Positions 25,042 to 34,840 of a DNA stretch of 64,000 nt are shown here, piece by piece. A program made the position numbers and the translations under genes. The notes below the pieces were generated by a model. That model was not told the DNA's origin, did not search any database, and saw only the letters and a program-made list of their open reading frames with translations. This DNA is from a virus. The stretch's first letter is position 1, and every line of letters starts with the position of its first letter. The DNA lies in the IMG/VR virus record IMGVR_UViG_3300045926_000283, positions 6,497 through 70,496 of that record; one strand, given 5' to 3'.

Positions 25042-27184
25042 CTTCTCTTCATCCGGTCTCCTCGATCTGCCGCTCACCTCCGCCGAGTCCCTCCAGCACG
25101 GCGACCCGAAAGTCCTCGGCTGGCTGCGCGAGTGGATCCAGGAGGGCGACGCGATCAACCGCGCCGACCCCTCCTACGACATCATCACCCGCGCGCAGGA
25201 GTACATCGTCGGCGAGCAGCTCTCGCCCGAGCGCTGCAAGCTCAAATACCTGCCGCAGGTCACCATCAACGAAACGCGCAAGGCGATGCAGGCCCACGTC
25301 TCCGCGATCACCGATCTCCGCCCCGTCGCCGGCTGGAAGGCGAACCCCGAGTATCAGGTCCAGGCCGATCTCCTCAACAAGTACCTCCTCAGCGAGTGGA
25401 TCACCACGATGATGGATCTCGACCTGGGCGACTGCGTGAAGTACGCCCTCGCCGGAGGCACCGGCGATCTGGTCATCGACTGGGATCCGCACGCCCCGCA
25501 GGGCGGCGCGCACCAGCTCTCCGCCCGCGATCCGCGCGACACCCTGCCCCTGCGCCCCTCCTTCGGCCGCTCCTGCCAGCTCTGGGAAGGCGTCTGCTTC
25601 CGCGAGGAGCACACGGTGAACGTCCTGCGCGGGATGTACCCGGCGAAGGCGCAGCTCTTTCGCTCGGCGTCCGACTCGGTCCTCGGACGGGTGATGGGCC
25701 GCTTCCGCGTCGGCCTCTCGCGCCTCATCTCACCGGCCGATCCGCTCGACACGCTCGGCGGCACCGCCGCGACCCAGCGCAAGGCGCGGATGGGATCGCT
25801 CGTCCTCTACCGCGCCTACTTCCGCGACCGCACGCGCAACCTCACCGACCGCCCGATCCCGATGGGCACGCCGGGCTCCAACTGGGCCTACACCGTCCAA
25901 CCGCGCCAGCCGCTCTACCCGCGCGGCCGCCTGCTCGTCGCCACCGAGGACGCGATCATCTACGACGGGCCGCAGACCTACTGGCACGGGATGTTCCCCT
26001 TCTGCCGCCTGAAGCTCTGGTCGCTGCCCTGGCAGTTCCTCGGCATCCCGCTGTTCAACGATCTCCTCCCGCTCCAGGACGCGATCAACGACACCGTGCA
26101 GGATGTCCGCCTCGGGATGCAGCAGTGGACCAACCCCGACATCACCTACAACCGCAACGCGGTCTCCGAGTCCACCATGAAGCTGATGGACCCGCGCCGC
26201 GCCGGCAAACGCGTCAAAGTGATGCCCGGGTTCGGCGATCCGTGGAAGAAAGAAGACGGCCCCAACCCGCAGATCCTCTCGATGGGCCTCGACCTCTGGG
26301 ACCGCCTCACCCAAAAGTTCGCCGACCTCTCCGGCACCGCCAACCTCTCGGCGCTCCTCCAACTGCGCCAGCTCCCTTCCGCCGACACGATCCAGAAGTA
26401 CTACGAGGCGCTCACCCCCGAGATCCGCCAGGAAGCGCGGCAGGTCGAACTCTTCCTGCGCGACTTCTCCGAGATGATCAAAGTCAATTACTTCCAGTTC
26501 CTCTCCGAGTCGAAGCGCATCATGATCCTCGGCCAGGGCGGGCGCACGCTCTCCGACTTCGACTACGACCCCGACACCCTGGTGCCCGCTCTGCTCCCCG
26601 GCCAACCCGGCTACACCCCCGAACTCGACGCCAACACCACCACCCGCGACCAGCGCGCGCAGTACTTCCACAAGCAGTTCGTCTTCGTCGTCGCGCCGAA
26701 CAGCGTCCTCTCGATCGATGCGCAAGAGCGGAAGATGATGCGGGTGCAGCTCGCGCGCATGGGCTACTACGACTTCTGGTCGCTGCACGAGACGCTCGAA
26801 ACGCCCAACGTCGGCGCGCCGCCGTCCATCCCACTTCCTCCGCTCGACGCGCCTCCTCCCGGCATCCTCGAAGGGATGCTGCAGCAGCTCGCCGCCAACC
26901 CGATGGGGATCCAGGCGATGGCCGCGGGCGCGATGCCCTCCCTCCCGCAGTACTCCGACCCGGTCACCGGCCGCACCTTCACGCTCGATCCGGCCTCGGG
27001 CCAGCTCCTCGAAATCCGCGTCCCGACCACCGTCACCGAACGCCTCTCCGCGCAGCAGATGCTCGGCATCGGCCAGACGGTCAGTCCGAGTGGCAGGAAG
27101 GCCTCCGGTCAGTCTCCGCCACAACAAGAAACGAAGAATGACGAACCAGGCGGGCGTCAGACGATCACGGAGTCGCCTAAGTGA
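25034..27184 (+). CDS. Portal protein
   Basis: 716 aa downstream of terL; YWHGMFPF..W...GI....LLPLQDAIN, as in P22-like portals. Confidence 0.8.
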   Translation: MADFSSSGLLDLPLTSAESLQHGDPKVLGWLREWIQEGDAINRADPSYDIITRAQEYIVGEQLSPERCKLKYLPQVTINETRKAMQAHVSAITDLRPVAGWKANPEYQVQADLLNKYLLSEWITTMMDLDLGDCVKYALAGGTGDLVIDWDPHAPQGGAHQLSARDPRDTLPLRPSFGRSCQLWEGVCFREEHTVNVLRGMYPAKAQLFRSASDSVLGRVMGRFRVGLSRLISPADPLDTLGGTAATQRKARMGSLVLYRAYFRDRTRNLTDRPIPMGTPGSNWAYTVQPRQPLYPRGRLLVATEDAIIYDGPQTYWHGMFPFCRLKLWSLPWQFLGIPLFNDLLPLQDAINDTVQDVRLGMQQWTNPDITYNRNAVSESTMKLMDPRRAGKRVKVMPGFGDPWKKEDGPNPQILSMGLDLWDRLTQKFADLSGTANLSALLQLRQLPSADTIQKYYEALTPEIRQEARQVELFLRDFSEMIKVNYFQFLSESKRIMILGQGGRTLSDFDYDPDTLVPALLPGQPGYTPELDANTTTRDQRAQYFHKQFVFVVAPNSVLSIDAQERKMMRVQLARMGYYDFWSLHETLETPNVGAPPSIPLPPLDAPPPGILEGMLQQLAANPMGIQAMAAGAMPSLPQYSDPVTGRTFTLDPASGQLLEIRVPTTVTERLSAQQMLGIGQTVSPSGRKASGQSPPQQETKNDEPGGRQTITESPK

Positions 27185-27717
27185 CGCCAGGTCAATCCAT
27201 GGATGATCGAAAAGATCGCGTACTTCGTCACGCCGTAGCGCGTTGCCAGTCCGCGAAGCGAAGTCGTGGTCGAGCGTGGTGCGGTGCCTCGTCGGTACTC
27301 AGCACGGATCGCTCGCACGTGATCGGCTGTCAGCTTCGTCTGACAGTTGGCAGGCCCGGTCGCCTTCCGTGCGTGTTTGAGGAGGGTGGGATCGAAGCGT
27401 CCTTTCCGAATCGCGTCCGTGGTGTTGGCCTTCGTCGTCCCGACGAACAGGTGACTGGGACGGACGCACGCTGGGGTGTCACAGTGGTGGCAGACCTTCA
27501 ACCCCGCGGGGATGGGACCAACGTACTGCTCGTACGTGAAGCGGCTCGCCGTGACGTTGCGTCCCTGGTACCAGAACTTCCCGTAGCCCTTGTCGGTCTT
27601 CCCGGTCCAGATCCAGCAAGCGGCAGGCCTCTTGGGGAACTGCTCGACGAACGCCCAGAAGCGCGGCAGCGGATCAGCCAAGGGTTTCGGCTGACGTTGA
27701 TAGACGCCGGTTGGCAT
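27157..27717 (-). CDS. HNH homing endonuclease (antisense insertion)
   Basis: CWIWTG..GYG..CHHCDTPACVRPSHL..GT.KAN..D; own TATAAT at about 27727-27732. Confidence 0.9.
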   Translation of the reverse strand: MPTGVYQRQPKPLADPLPRFWAFVEQFPKRPAACWIWTGKTDKGYGKFWYQGRNVTASRFTYEQYVGPIPAGLKVCHHCDTPACVRPSHLFVGTTKANTTDAIRKGRFDPTLLKHARKATGPANCQTKLTADHVRAIRAEYRRGTAPRSTTTSLRGLATRYGVTKYAIFSIIHGLTWRHLGDSVIV

Positions 27718-27749
27718 CGTTTGCCCATTATACCTGTCGAGAGTCCGAA

Positions 27750-27974
27750 GTGAGCGCCGACGATCGCCCGTCGCCCGCGCCGCCCGCGCTCGCCCGCCCG
27801 ATCGACCAGGCCCTCGATCGCATCGTCGTGCGTGAAGACGACTTCTCCGCGGTCCTCATGGCGCTCTACCGCCGTCGCTACTCCGGGGCCCTGACCATCC
27901 ACTTCCGCAACGGCCAGCCGCGCACGATCGAACTCCCGGGCGTGCAGGTCACGCTCACCACCGAGCCCGCCTGA
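27750..27974 (+). CDS. hypothetical protein
   Basis: GTG start; YSGALTIHFRNGQPR. Confidence 0.6.
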   Translation: MSADDRPSPAPPALARPIDQALDRIVVREDDFSAVLMALYRRRYSGALTIHFRNGQPRTIELPGVQVTLTTEPA

Positions 27975-28117
27975 CCCGCCAACGCCCTCGGCTGACCCCC
28001 GGGGGGCTTGACGGCGCTCGCCGCCCTTCTGCACTCTAGCCGACACTCGTCGTCGCCCTGACCGGCGCCGACCGATCGATTCGCAGCGGGGGCTGTGGCC
28101 GATCGGTCCAACGTCCT

Positions 28118-28162
28118 GGGCCCACTGCACGAAGCCATGCGTGCGGTGGGCCCTTTTCTTTT
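28118..28162 (+). terminator. Intrinsic terminator/attenuator before the head genes
   Basis: GGGCCCACTGCACG-loop-CGTGCGGTGGGCCC followed by TTTTCTTTT. Confidence 0.8.
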
Positions 28163-28168
28163 GTACCG

Positions 28169-28324
28169 ATGCCACTCACGAAGTCCGGATCGAAGGTGCT
28201 CAGCTCGATGCAAGAGCAGTACGGCGGCGAGAAGGGGACGCGTGTCTTCTACGCGACGGCGAACAAGCGGCCGGCGCTCGGCAAGAAGTGGCACGGCCGA
28301 TCGATGAGCAAGGGGAAGCATTGA
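28169..28324 (+). CDS. small basic phage protein (not in ORF track)
   Basis: MPLTKSGSKVLSSMQEQYGGEKGTRVFYATANK; TGATG coupling. Confidence 0.7.
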   Translation: MPLTKSGSKVLSSMQEQYGGEKGTRVFYATANKRPALGKKWHGRSMSKGKH

Positions 28325-28494
28325 TGCCGAAGGGCGATCCGGCCGGCTACCTCCCGAACGTCCAGCAGTACCGATCGGAGAAGGGCGGCGGCAAGGGCAA
28401 GCGGCGCTTCGGCAAGAAGAAGTCCGGCAAGTCCGCGCCGATCCAAACCCAACTCCGCAGCGGCTCGCGGCCGATGGCGAGGCCCGCCAGGTGA
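28324..28494 (+). CDS. small Lys/Gly-rich basic protein
   Basis: MPKGDPAGYLPN...KGKRRFGKKK. Confidence 0.6.
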   Translation: MPKGDPAGYLPNVQQYRSEKGGGKGKRRFGKKKSGKSAPIQTQLRSGSRPMARPAR

Positions 28495-28712
28495 GCACGG
28501 TCGGCCCGAACCCGGTCGACGCGGAGATCAACCGCCGCATGGGCATCGGCAAGCCCGGCGATCTGCTCTTCGCCGGAGCCGAGCGCGCCGCCGCTCGCGC
28601 GTCCACCCGTGGCGAGCGCGCCGACCCGACCCCCGACCTCTCGCTGCACGCGATGCCGTCGCTCACCAAGCGCCGCACCACCCGTTCGCTCTCGCGTGGA
28701 GGGTCTCGCTGA
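28491..28712 (+). CDS. small Arg-rich protein
   Basis: Coupled on both sides. Confidence 0.6.
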   Translation: MSTVGPNPVDAEINRRMGIGKPGDLLFAGAERAAARASTRGERADPTPDLSLHAMPSLTKRRTTRSLSRGGSR

Positions 28713-28903
28713 TGGCTGCCAACCGCGGCTCCCCGCTCCCGACCATGACCGCGACCGAGCGCCAGTACAAGGCGGAGTCCGATCTCCGCACGCTCACCGA
28801 CGCCGACGACATCCGCCGCGACGACGCGCGCCTGAAAGAGGCGACCAAGCACGCGACCAAGCAGATGTCGCGCTACCGGCGGATCACCGGGAGGAAACGC
28901 TGA
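28712..28903 (+). CDS. small basic protein
   Basis: AESDLRTL..A.DIRRD..RLK. Confidence 0.7.
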   Translation: MAANRGSPLPTMTATERQYKAESDLRTLTDADDIRRDDARLKEATKHATKQMSRYRRITGRKR

Positions 28904-29085
28904 TGGCCGGCAAGGACGTTCACCTGCCGAACGAGTCGCGCACGATCGATTCGCGTCTTCCCAACGCCCAGGTGCGTCAGTTGGCGCTGGATCGTGGACA
29001 GACCATACCCCGCGATTGGAAGCCGCCAGCTCGGTGGATGAAACGGTCGCCGGCTGAACGCCGTGAGATGCGAGGGAAACGCTGA
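28903..29085 (+). CDS. small basic protein
   Basis: MAGKDVHLPNE...RGKR; TGATG on both sides. Confidence 0.6.
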   Translation: MAGKDVHLPNESRTIDSRLPNAQVRQLALDRGQTIPRDWKPPARWMKRSPAERREMRGKR

Positions 29086-29474
29086 TGGCCTTCCCGCCAG
29101 CCTCGACGATTCCACCCAGCAACGCCGCTTCGCCGCTCGACGGCCCGCCGCCCTCCCCGACCGCGATGTCCGGCGGCGGCAACACGCCCTTTTCGATGCG
29201 CGGCGCGGTGCCCCCGCTCCCGCCGCAGGAGATCCCGCCGGAGATGCTCACCGGCATCACCGCGGCTTTTACCCAAGTCACCTCAGTCCTCGACGCCACG
29301 GCCCAGGCGCTGCCCACCAAGGCACCGCAGATCGGCCTGATCAAGGACCTGATCGCCCAGCTGCTCGCCGACGTGATGTCGGCCGGCGGCGGCTCCATCT
29401 CTCCCACCAATCCCGGACCGGCGGCGCCGATGGGTGGGATCGACCGTGGCATCGCCGGACCCGGCGCGATCTGA
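29085..29474 (+). CDS. Pro-rich head-region protein
   Basis: 129 aa, coupled start. Confidence 0.65.
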   Translation: MAFPPASTIPPSNAASPLDGPPPSPTAMSGGGNTPFSMRGAVPPLPPQEIPPEMLTGITAAFTQVTSVLDATAQALPTKAPQIGLIKDLIAQLLADVMSAGGGSISPTNPGPAAPMGGIDRGIAGPGAI

Positions 29475-29554
29475 AGGCGGACCCGCTCGCCTCGCCCGCA
29501 TCCCCGCGGAGGGCGACCTCGCCGCTGGCTCAGACGGCCAAGGAGATCTGATTC

Positions 29555-30364
29555 ATGGGTGCATTCGAGTCGGGACAAAGCCTGATGGCTAGCGTGCTCG
29601 CGAAGCTCCCCGAGTCTTCCCGCGCACAGGTCGAGGCCGCGTTTCAATCCGCGGAGGCACGCGACGCCGTGACGCTGATCGGCGACAGCGCGCTGGCCCG
29701 CAGCGACTACAGCAAGCACATGGACGGGATCCGCGCGCAGACCGAGGAGCTGAAGGGCAAGGAGCAGCAACTGGTCTCCGAGTTCGAGCGGCTCAACTCG
29801 TGGTACGAGGTCAACAAGACCGCGCTCGACGACTACAAGACGCTCAAGGCCACCGGCAACGGCGGCCATCCGCATCCGAGCCCCACCCCCACCCCGCCGA
29901 AGCCCGATCCCGCCGTCGACATCCGCAAGACCGTCGACGACGCGATCGCCGACGCCGGCCGCGACTACGTGAACCTCAATATGTTCACGATCGATCAGGC
30001 GATGCGCCACTACCAGATGTTCGGCGAAGCGCCGGACATGCAGGCGCTGGGATCGAACCCGAAACTCGGCAAACCGATCGCCGGGCAGCCCAATCGCATC
30101 TTCTCGCTGCAGGACGCCTACAACGAACGCTACGGCGAGCGGGTCGCGCAGAAACAGAAAGACGCCGAAGACGCACGCATCAACGCCGAGGTCGAGAAGC
30201 GCCTCGTCGAGGAGCGGAAGAAGCTGACCGGTCAGCCCTTCCCGATCCGCGACGCCAGTCCTTCTGTCCTCGACATTCTCTCGACGAAGGACGGTCCCGC
30301 CGCTCACACGATCGACTCCGCGGTCGCTGAGTACGAACGCCTGCAAAGCGCACGCGGGCAGTAG
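29555..30364 (+). CDS. putative scaffolding protein
   Basis: Coiled-coil, immediately before the capsid gene; AAGGAG RBS. Confidence 0.6.
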   Translation: MGAFESGQSLMASVLAKLPESSRAQVEAAFQSAEARDAVTLIGDSALARSDYSKHMDGIRAQTEELKGKEQQLVSEFERLNSWYEVNKTALDDYKTLKATGNGGHPHPSPTPTPPKPDPAVDIRKTVDDAIADAGRDYVNLNMFTIDQAMRHYQMFGEAPDMQALGSNPKLGKPIAGQPNRIFSLQDAYNERYGERVAQKQKDAEDARINAEVEKRLVEERKKLTGQPFPIRDASPSVLDILSTKDGPAAHTIDSAVAEYERLQSARGQ

Positions 30365-30419
30365 CGACGACGCGCCGGGGTAGACGCATCAGGCACGGGA
30401 CCACGCCAGGAGGACCTCG

Positions 30420-31469
30420 ATGGCGATTCAGCTGGACGATGTCAATACCGTCACGACGAAGGAGATCATGCCTGGCGTCGTCGACGGCTACTTCCGCGCG
30501 GGCCCACTGATTGCGATGGCGAAAGCTCGCTTCACTCGGAAGTGGATCGGGCCGCAAATCCAAGAAAATTTCATGTTCAAACCGATGAAGGGCGGCAGCT
30601 ACAAGAAGGGCGCCTCCTTCAACATCGATCGGCGGCAGACCCGCACGGGTCTCCTCTTCGGCCCTCGGTACTACCAGGTGAACGTCACCGAGTTCCTCGA
30701 AGATCTCGAAGTCGAGATGGCGGGCCCGCGCGCGGCGTTCTCGGTCATCCGCACCGACATGCAGCAGGCCGCGCTCACCATGTCGGCGATTCTCGAAATC
30801 GCGGCGTTCCACCACGGCCAGGCGCTCGCCGGTGACGATCGCACCGCCGAGATCAACGGGCTCGAAGAGGCGCTCAACGACGGCACCAACGCCAGCTACG
30901 CCGGCAACACCTTCCCGTCCTACGGCGGGCAGACGCGCGCCGACGTCGTCCCGGCGCTCACCCCGCCCACCGGCCTGGTCGCCGCCAACGTCAACGGCCC
31001 GATCTCCTACCGCGTGCTGCGTCACTCGTACTTCTCGACGATCATCGGCAACGAAGCGCCGACCACCGGTCTGACCACCAACCGCTGCATGGGGTACATC
31101 TCCGAGAACTTCCTGCCGCACCAGATCATCGACACGACGCAGCCGGAAATTAATTGGCCTGGGATGAAGTTCGACAAGGCGACGATCCTGATGTCGCAGT
31201 ACTGCCCCGGCGTCGACGGCGTCAACGATGCCGATCTCGGCGACTACTCCGCGGCCGCCGAGACCTTCTGGTGGATCAACTGGGGCCCGACCGGCGACGA
31301 CGCCTACATCCGTCTCTACATCGCGCAGTCGTCGAAGTTCGCCTTCGGCTTCACCGGCTTCAAAGGCGCGCGCCAGGACAACCAGGTCGCCGGGCAGATC
31401 CTCTTCGCCGGCAATCTCACGGTGAAGGCACTCCGCCTCTCGCGGGTCCTCCACGGCATCACCAGCTAG
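30420..31469 (+). CDS. Major capsid protein
   Basis: 349 aa, strong RBS, position after scaffold, INGL..A..DGT...YGG..R pattern. Confidence 0.8.
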   Translation: MAIQLDDVNTVTTKEIMPGVVDGYFRAGPLIAMAKARFTRKWIGPQIQENFMFKPMKGGSYKKGASFNIDRRQTRTGLLFGPRYYQVNVTEFLEDLEVEMAGPRAAFSVIRTDMQQAALTMSAILEIAAFHHGQALAGDDRTAEINGLEEALNDGTNASYAGNTFPSYGGQTRADVVPALTPPTGLVAANVNGPISYRVLRHSYFSTIIGNEAPTTGLTTNRCMGYISENFLPHQIIDTTQPEINWPGMKFDKATILMSQYCPGVDGVNDADLGDYSAAAETFWWINWGPTGDDAYIRLYIAQSSKFAFGFTGFKGARQDNQVAGQILFAGNLTVKALRLSRVLHGITS

Positions 31470-31496
31470 CTGCTGGCAAGGAGAAGGAGATCGTCC

Positions 31497-32063
31497 ATGC
31501 CTGTCCCCTACGAACAGAACGCCATCTACCTGCAATCGGGCAACCCGCTCACCGAGGACGCCGCGTCGAATCTCTATCCCGGCCAGCTCGGCGCCCGCTT
31601 CACGATGACGCATCCGGCGCGCGGCACCGCCTCGTCACCGTCGCGCACCAAGCGCTTCCAGTACGTCCAAGTCGACTCCGCCGCCGCGGCCGCCCCGAAA
31701 GCGAACCAGCCGGTCTACTGGGTCGACCGCGCCAACTACAAGGTCACCACCGCAGGCGGCACCACACTCAACCAGATCGCCGGCGTGATCAACAACGCCG
31801 CCACGCGCGGCAACTTCACCTGCATCCAGCAGGGCGGTCCCTGCTACGTCCGTGCCTCTGACGCGAACGTCACCGCCGCGGTGGCCGGCGCCGACATGCT
31901 GGTGGGCGGCGCCACCGATCTCGCCGTCCTGGTGGCGGCCGGCACCGCGCCCGGCACCACGCCGCTCGGCACGATCGCCTCGCCGAAGGCGACCAACACC
32001 GCAGGCGGCACCGGCAATCACCTGATCCTCGTGGATCTCGATCTGCCGTCCGAGAACTTCTGA
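31497..32063 (+). CDS. putative capsid decoration protein
   Basis: After MCP; GQLG..F..FQYVQ..WVD..G. Confidence 0.55.
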   Translation: MPVPYEQNAIYLQSGNPLTEDAASNLYPGQLGARFTMTHPARGTASSPSRTKRFQYVQVDSAAAAAPKANQPVYWVDRANYKVTTAGGTTLNQIAGVINNAATRGNFTCIQQGGPCYVRASDANVTAAVAGADMLVGGATDLAVLVAAGTAPGTTPLGTIASPKATNTAGGTGNHLILVDLDLPSENF

Positions 32064-32075
32064 GGAGGACCGCCT

Positions 32076-32396
32076 GTGCCAACCATTGATCGCACGACGG
32101 TCGGGCAGTACCACGACAGCAGCAATGCGTGCATCCGCAAGATCGGCGGCTACACCGGGCCCGCCAGCTACGTCAGTGGCGGCGACCCGATTGTGCCCGC
32201 CGACCTCGGGATGGCGCGTGTGCAGCTGATCCTCTTCACCCCCGCGACCAACGGCACCCTGTTCGTCTACCCGGTGTGGGTGCCCTCCGGCAGCGGGGGC
32301 GCGGTCAAGTGGCTGGTCGGCACCACCGGCGTCGAGGTCGCCGGGGGCGTCAACCTCTCCACCTACACCGCGCGCTTCGAGGCGATCGGGAAGTAG
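32076..32396 (+). CDS. virion structural protein
   Basis: GPASYVSGGD...EVAGGVNLS...FEAIG. Confidence 0.6.
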   Translation: MPTIDRTTVGQYHDSSNACIRKIGGYTGPASYVSGGDPIVPADLGMARVQLILFTPATNGTLFVYPVWVPSGSGGAVKWLVGTTGVEVAGGVNLSTYTARFEAIGK

Positions 32397-32450
32397 GCGC
32401 GTAGGAGCGTCTCGCTCGCGTCTCGCTCGCGTCTGCGATCGAGAGTCCGT

Positions 32451-33257
32451 ATGCTGCTGACGAAGTACACGCCCGTCCTGCACGGGCTCTCGTTCGATCT
32501 CGACACCGGCCCGCAGCCGCGCCAGGCGTACCTCGTGCAGACGGCCGGCTCCTCCGCCCTGGTCTCCCTCAACGGCACCGGCGTCTGGACGGTCGAGATC
32601 CTCGGCTCCATCGACGGTCAGGACTTCACCGTCCTCGCCACCCGCTCGATGCCCGGCCAGTGGCGCTTCGACACCAAGGGCATCAGCGCGATGGCGGTCC
32701 GCGTCGTCGCCTACACCTCGGGCCAGATCACCGGCGGCGTCCTCGCCCACGGCGCGCCCTACGCCGTCACCAACGTCTCGCCGCTCTTCGGCGCGTATCT
32801 CGTCTACAGCTACAACGCCACTCCCAACGAGCCGCCGATCGGTAACCAGCTCCGCTTCAACAACGCCACCTTCCCCTCCGTGACCAAGGTCTGGATTGCC
32901 AACACCGCCAACGACGGCACCGACCACTTCCAGGCCCTGCGCAAGATCCCGCACGGCGGCACCCTGATGGTCCAGGACCGCGCCAAGCACCTCGACGCGA
33001 TCGTCCTGCGCGTCCAGGGGCCGCCCGTCGACAAGACCGACTACGTCGAAGTCCCGGTCAGCTACCAGCAGCACACCGGGGCGCTGGTCGCCGGCCAGGT
33101 GCTCATCGCCATCTTCAACCCCGGCCCGACGATCTCGCTGACCGGTCCCTTCGAGCGCGAGTTCGCCACGCCCGGCTCCGACGCACTGCCGCCGCCGCCC
33201 GAGGAGCCGCCCGAGGAGCCGCCCGAGGAGCCGCCCGAGGAGCCGACCGGTGCCTAG
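32451..33257 (+). CDS. beta-rich virion protein with (PPEE)n tail
   Basis: 268 aa; CCGCCCGAGGAG repeated 3-4 times at about 33195-33243. Confidence 0.65.
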   Translation: MLLTKYTPVLHGLSFDLDTGPQPRQAYLVQTAGSSALVSLNGTGVWTVEILGSIDGQDFTVLATRSMPGQWRFDTKGISAMAVRVVAYTSGQITGGVLAHGAPYAVTNVSPLFGAYLVYSYNATPNEPPIGNQLRFNNATFPSVTKVWIANTANDGTDHFQALRKIPHGGTLMVQDRAKHLDAIVLRVQGPPVDKTDYVEVPVSYQQHTGALVAGQVLIAIFNPGPTISLTGPFEREFATPGSDALPPPPEEPPEEPPEEPPEEPTGA

Positions 33258-33975
33258 CGACTTCGGCTACTGCTGGCGCACCGTCCGTCTCTACTGCCCT
33301 GCGGCGCCGACCTTCCTCGCCCGCGAGTGGGTGCAGACCGCCTACAAACAACTCCTCGCCGCGCGCCGCTGGAGCTTCATGCGCGGCACGCTCGATCTCG
33401 TCTACGACGGCCTCACCCCCTACGTCACGATGCCGGCCGACTTCGCGAGCTTCGAGATCGTCGTCGACCCTTCCCAGCAGAAGAAGATCTGCACCGACCA
33501 GTCGCTCGCCGCCCTCACCTGCGCCGATCCGCTGCACGCGACCACCGGCTCGGCGCGCGCCCTGCTCCCCGCGCCGCCCGATCCCGTCACCGGCGCGGTC
33601 CGCTCAGAAGTCTATCCAGCCGGCACCGCGACCACCTTCTCCGGCTTCTATCACCGTCAAGGATCGCGCCTCGTCGACGGCCAGTTCTTCTCCGGCGTCC
33701 TCGCCGACGGCGCCGAGGTCCTCGTCGCGGGCGCGCTGGCCCAAGCCGCGCTCTGGCCCGGCACGCCCGACAAACCGAATCCGTACTTCCTGGTCAGTCT
33801 CGCCGAGGCGAAGTCCGCCGAGTTCAAGTACGGCGTGCAGATGCTCTCGCTGCGCGACGACGAACAGGCCCCCGCCGATCTCTGGGACAGCTGGGACACC
33901 GCCAGCTGCAGCTGTCACTGCGATCAGGGCGGCGGCGACTGGCGCGAGACCGACGCCAGCGCGCTCTATCACTAG
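33250..33975 (+). CDS. putative head-tail adaptor
   Basis: Helical N-terminus ..RRWSF, MPADF, helical C-terminus. Confidence 0.5.
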   Translation: MPSDFGYCWRTVRLYCPAAPTFLAREWVQTAYKQLLAARRWSFMRGTLDLVYDGLTPYVTMPADFASFEIVVDPSQQKKICTDQSLAALTCADPLHATTGSARALLPAPPDPVTGAVRSEVYPAGTATTFSGFYHRQGSRLVDGQFFSGVLADGAEVLVAGALAQAALWPGTPDKPNPYFLVSLAEAKSAEFKYGVQMLSLRDDEQAPADLWDSWDTASCSCHCDQGGGDWRETDASALYH

Positions 33976-33990
33976 AAGGAGCCTCTCATC

Positions 33991-34278
33991 ATGGGTGATC
34001 TGAAGACCTACTTCTCCGACGCCGTCGTGCCGACGCCCAGCCTCTCGGGCGATTCGATCACCGCCAGCGGATCCGATCCGAACGCCGACGGCAACCCGGG
34101 TGTCGCCGCGACCGATCCGCTCTGGCCGGCGCCCTTCGTCCCGACGCCCTCGGGCGAGGAGTCGCGCAACTCGGTCTCCGGCCTCCCGCCGCTGCCGACG
34201 CGCTATCAACCCTCCGAGACGCCGCCGGAGCCGCCCTCACTCGAAGATCGCAACCCCGGCACGATCGATCGGCGGTAA
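33991..34278 (+). CDS. Pro-rich hypothetical protein
   Basis: AAGGAG RBS. Confidence 0.6.
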   Translation: MGDLKTYFSDAVVPTPSLSGDSITASGSDPNADGNPGVAATDPLWPAPFVPTPSGEESRNSVSGLPPLPTRYQPSETPPEPPSLEDRNPGTIDRR

Positions 34279-34300
34279 CCGATCCGCACACGAGGCAGCC

Positions 34301-34606
34301 ATGACCAAGGCGTACAGTCTCGCGCTCGCCGCCGGAGCCAAGCGCGTCTCCGACGTCTACGGCGGCACGGCCGGCGCCATCGACGCGGCGACCGACATCC
34401 CGTACCGCCAGCTCCTCCTCTCGACCACCGGCGCCGACGGCTACATCGGCGGGTCGTCGGTCTCCACCACCGCCGGGATCAAGATCGCGACCGCCTCGAC
34501 CTTCCCGGTGTCGATCGGCCCCTTCCCCACCGGCGCGGTGAAGCTCTCCGATCTCTACGCGGTCGGGGCCGGCGCGACGCTGCAGATCCTCGGAGTGCCC
34601 TTCTGA
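34301..34606 (+). CDS. small beta-rich virion protein
   Basis: MTKAYSL; GAGG RBS. Confidence 0.65.
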   Translation: MTKAYSLALAAGAKRVSDVYGGTAGAIDAATDIPYRQLLLSTTGADGYIGGSSVSTTAGIKIATASTFPVSIGPFPTGAVKLSDLYAVGAGATLQILGVPF

Positions 34607-34836
34607 TGCCCGACGAACTCTGCTCCGGCTGCGGCGCCCTCGCCCCCGCTCACCCGATCGTCGGCGTCACCCGCGACGAGGACGGGCGGATGGCCTCCTT
34701 CCCCATCTGCCACGCCTGCTGGATGGACCCGTCGCACCGCCAGCATCCCCTGAAGATGCACTTCTTCGATCGCTCCCAGGCCTCGGTCGCGGTCGACGCC
34801 GCCGAGCGCAACATCCTGGTCGAGCCGCCGTCGTGA
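34606..34836 (+). CDS. Zn-binding small protein
   Basis: CSGC...CHAC. Confidence 0.65.
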   Translation: MPDELCSGCGALAPAHPIVGVTRDEDGRMASFPICHACWMDPSHRQHPLKMHFFDRSQASVAVDAAERNILVEPPS

Positions 34837-34840
34837 TGCG

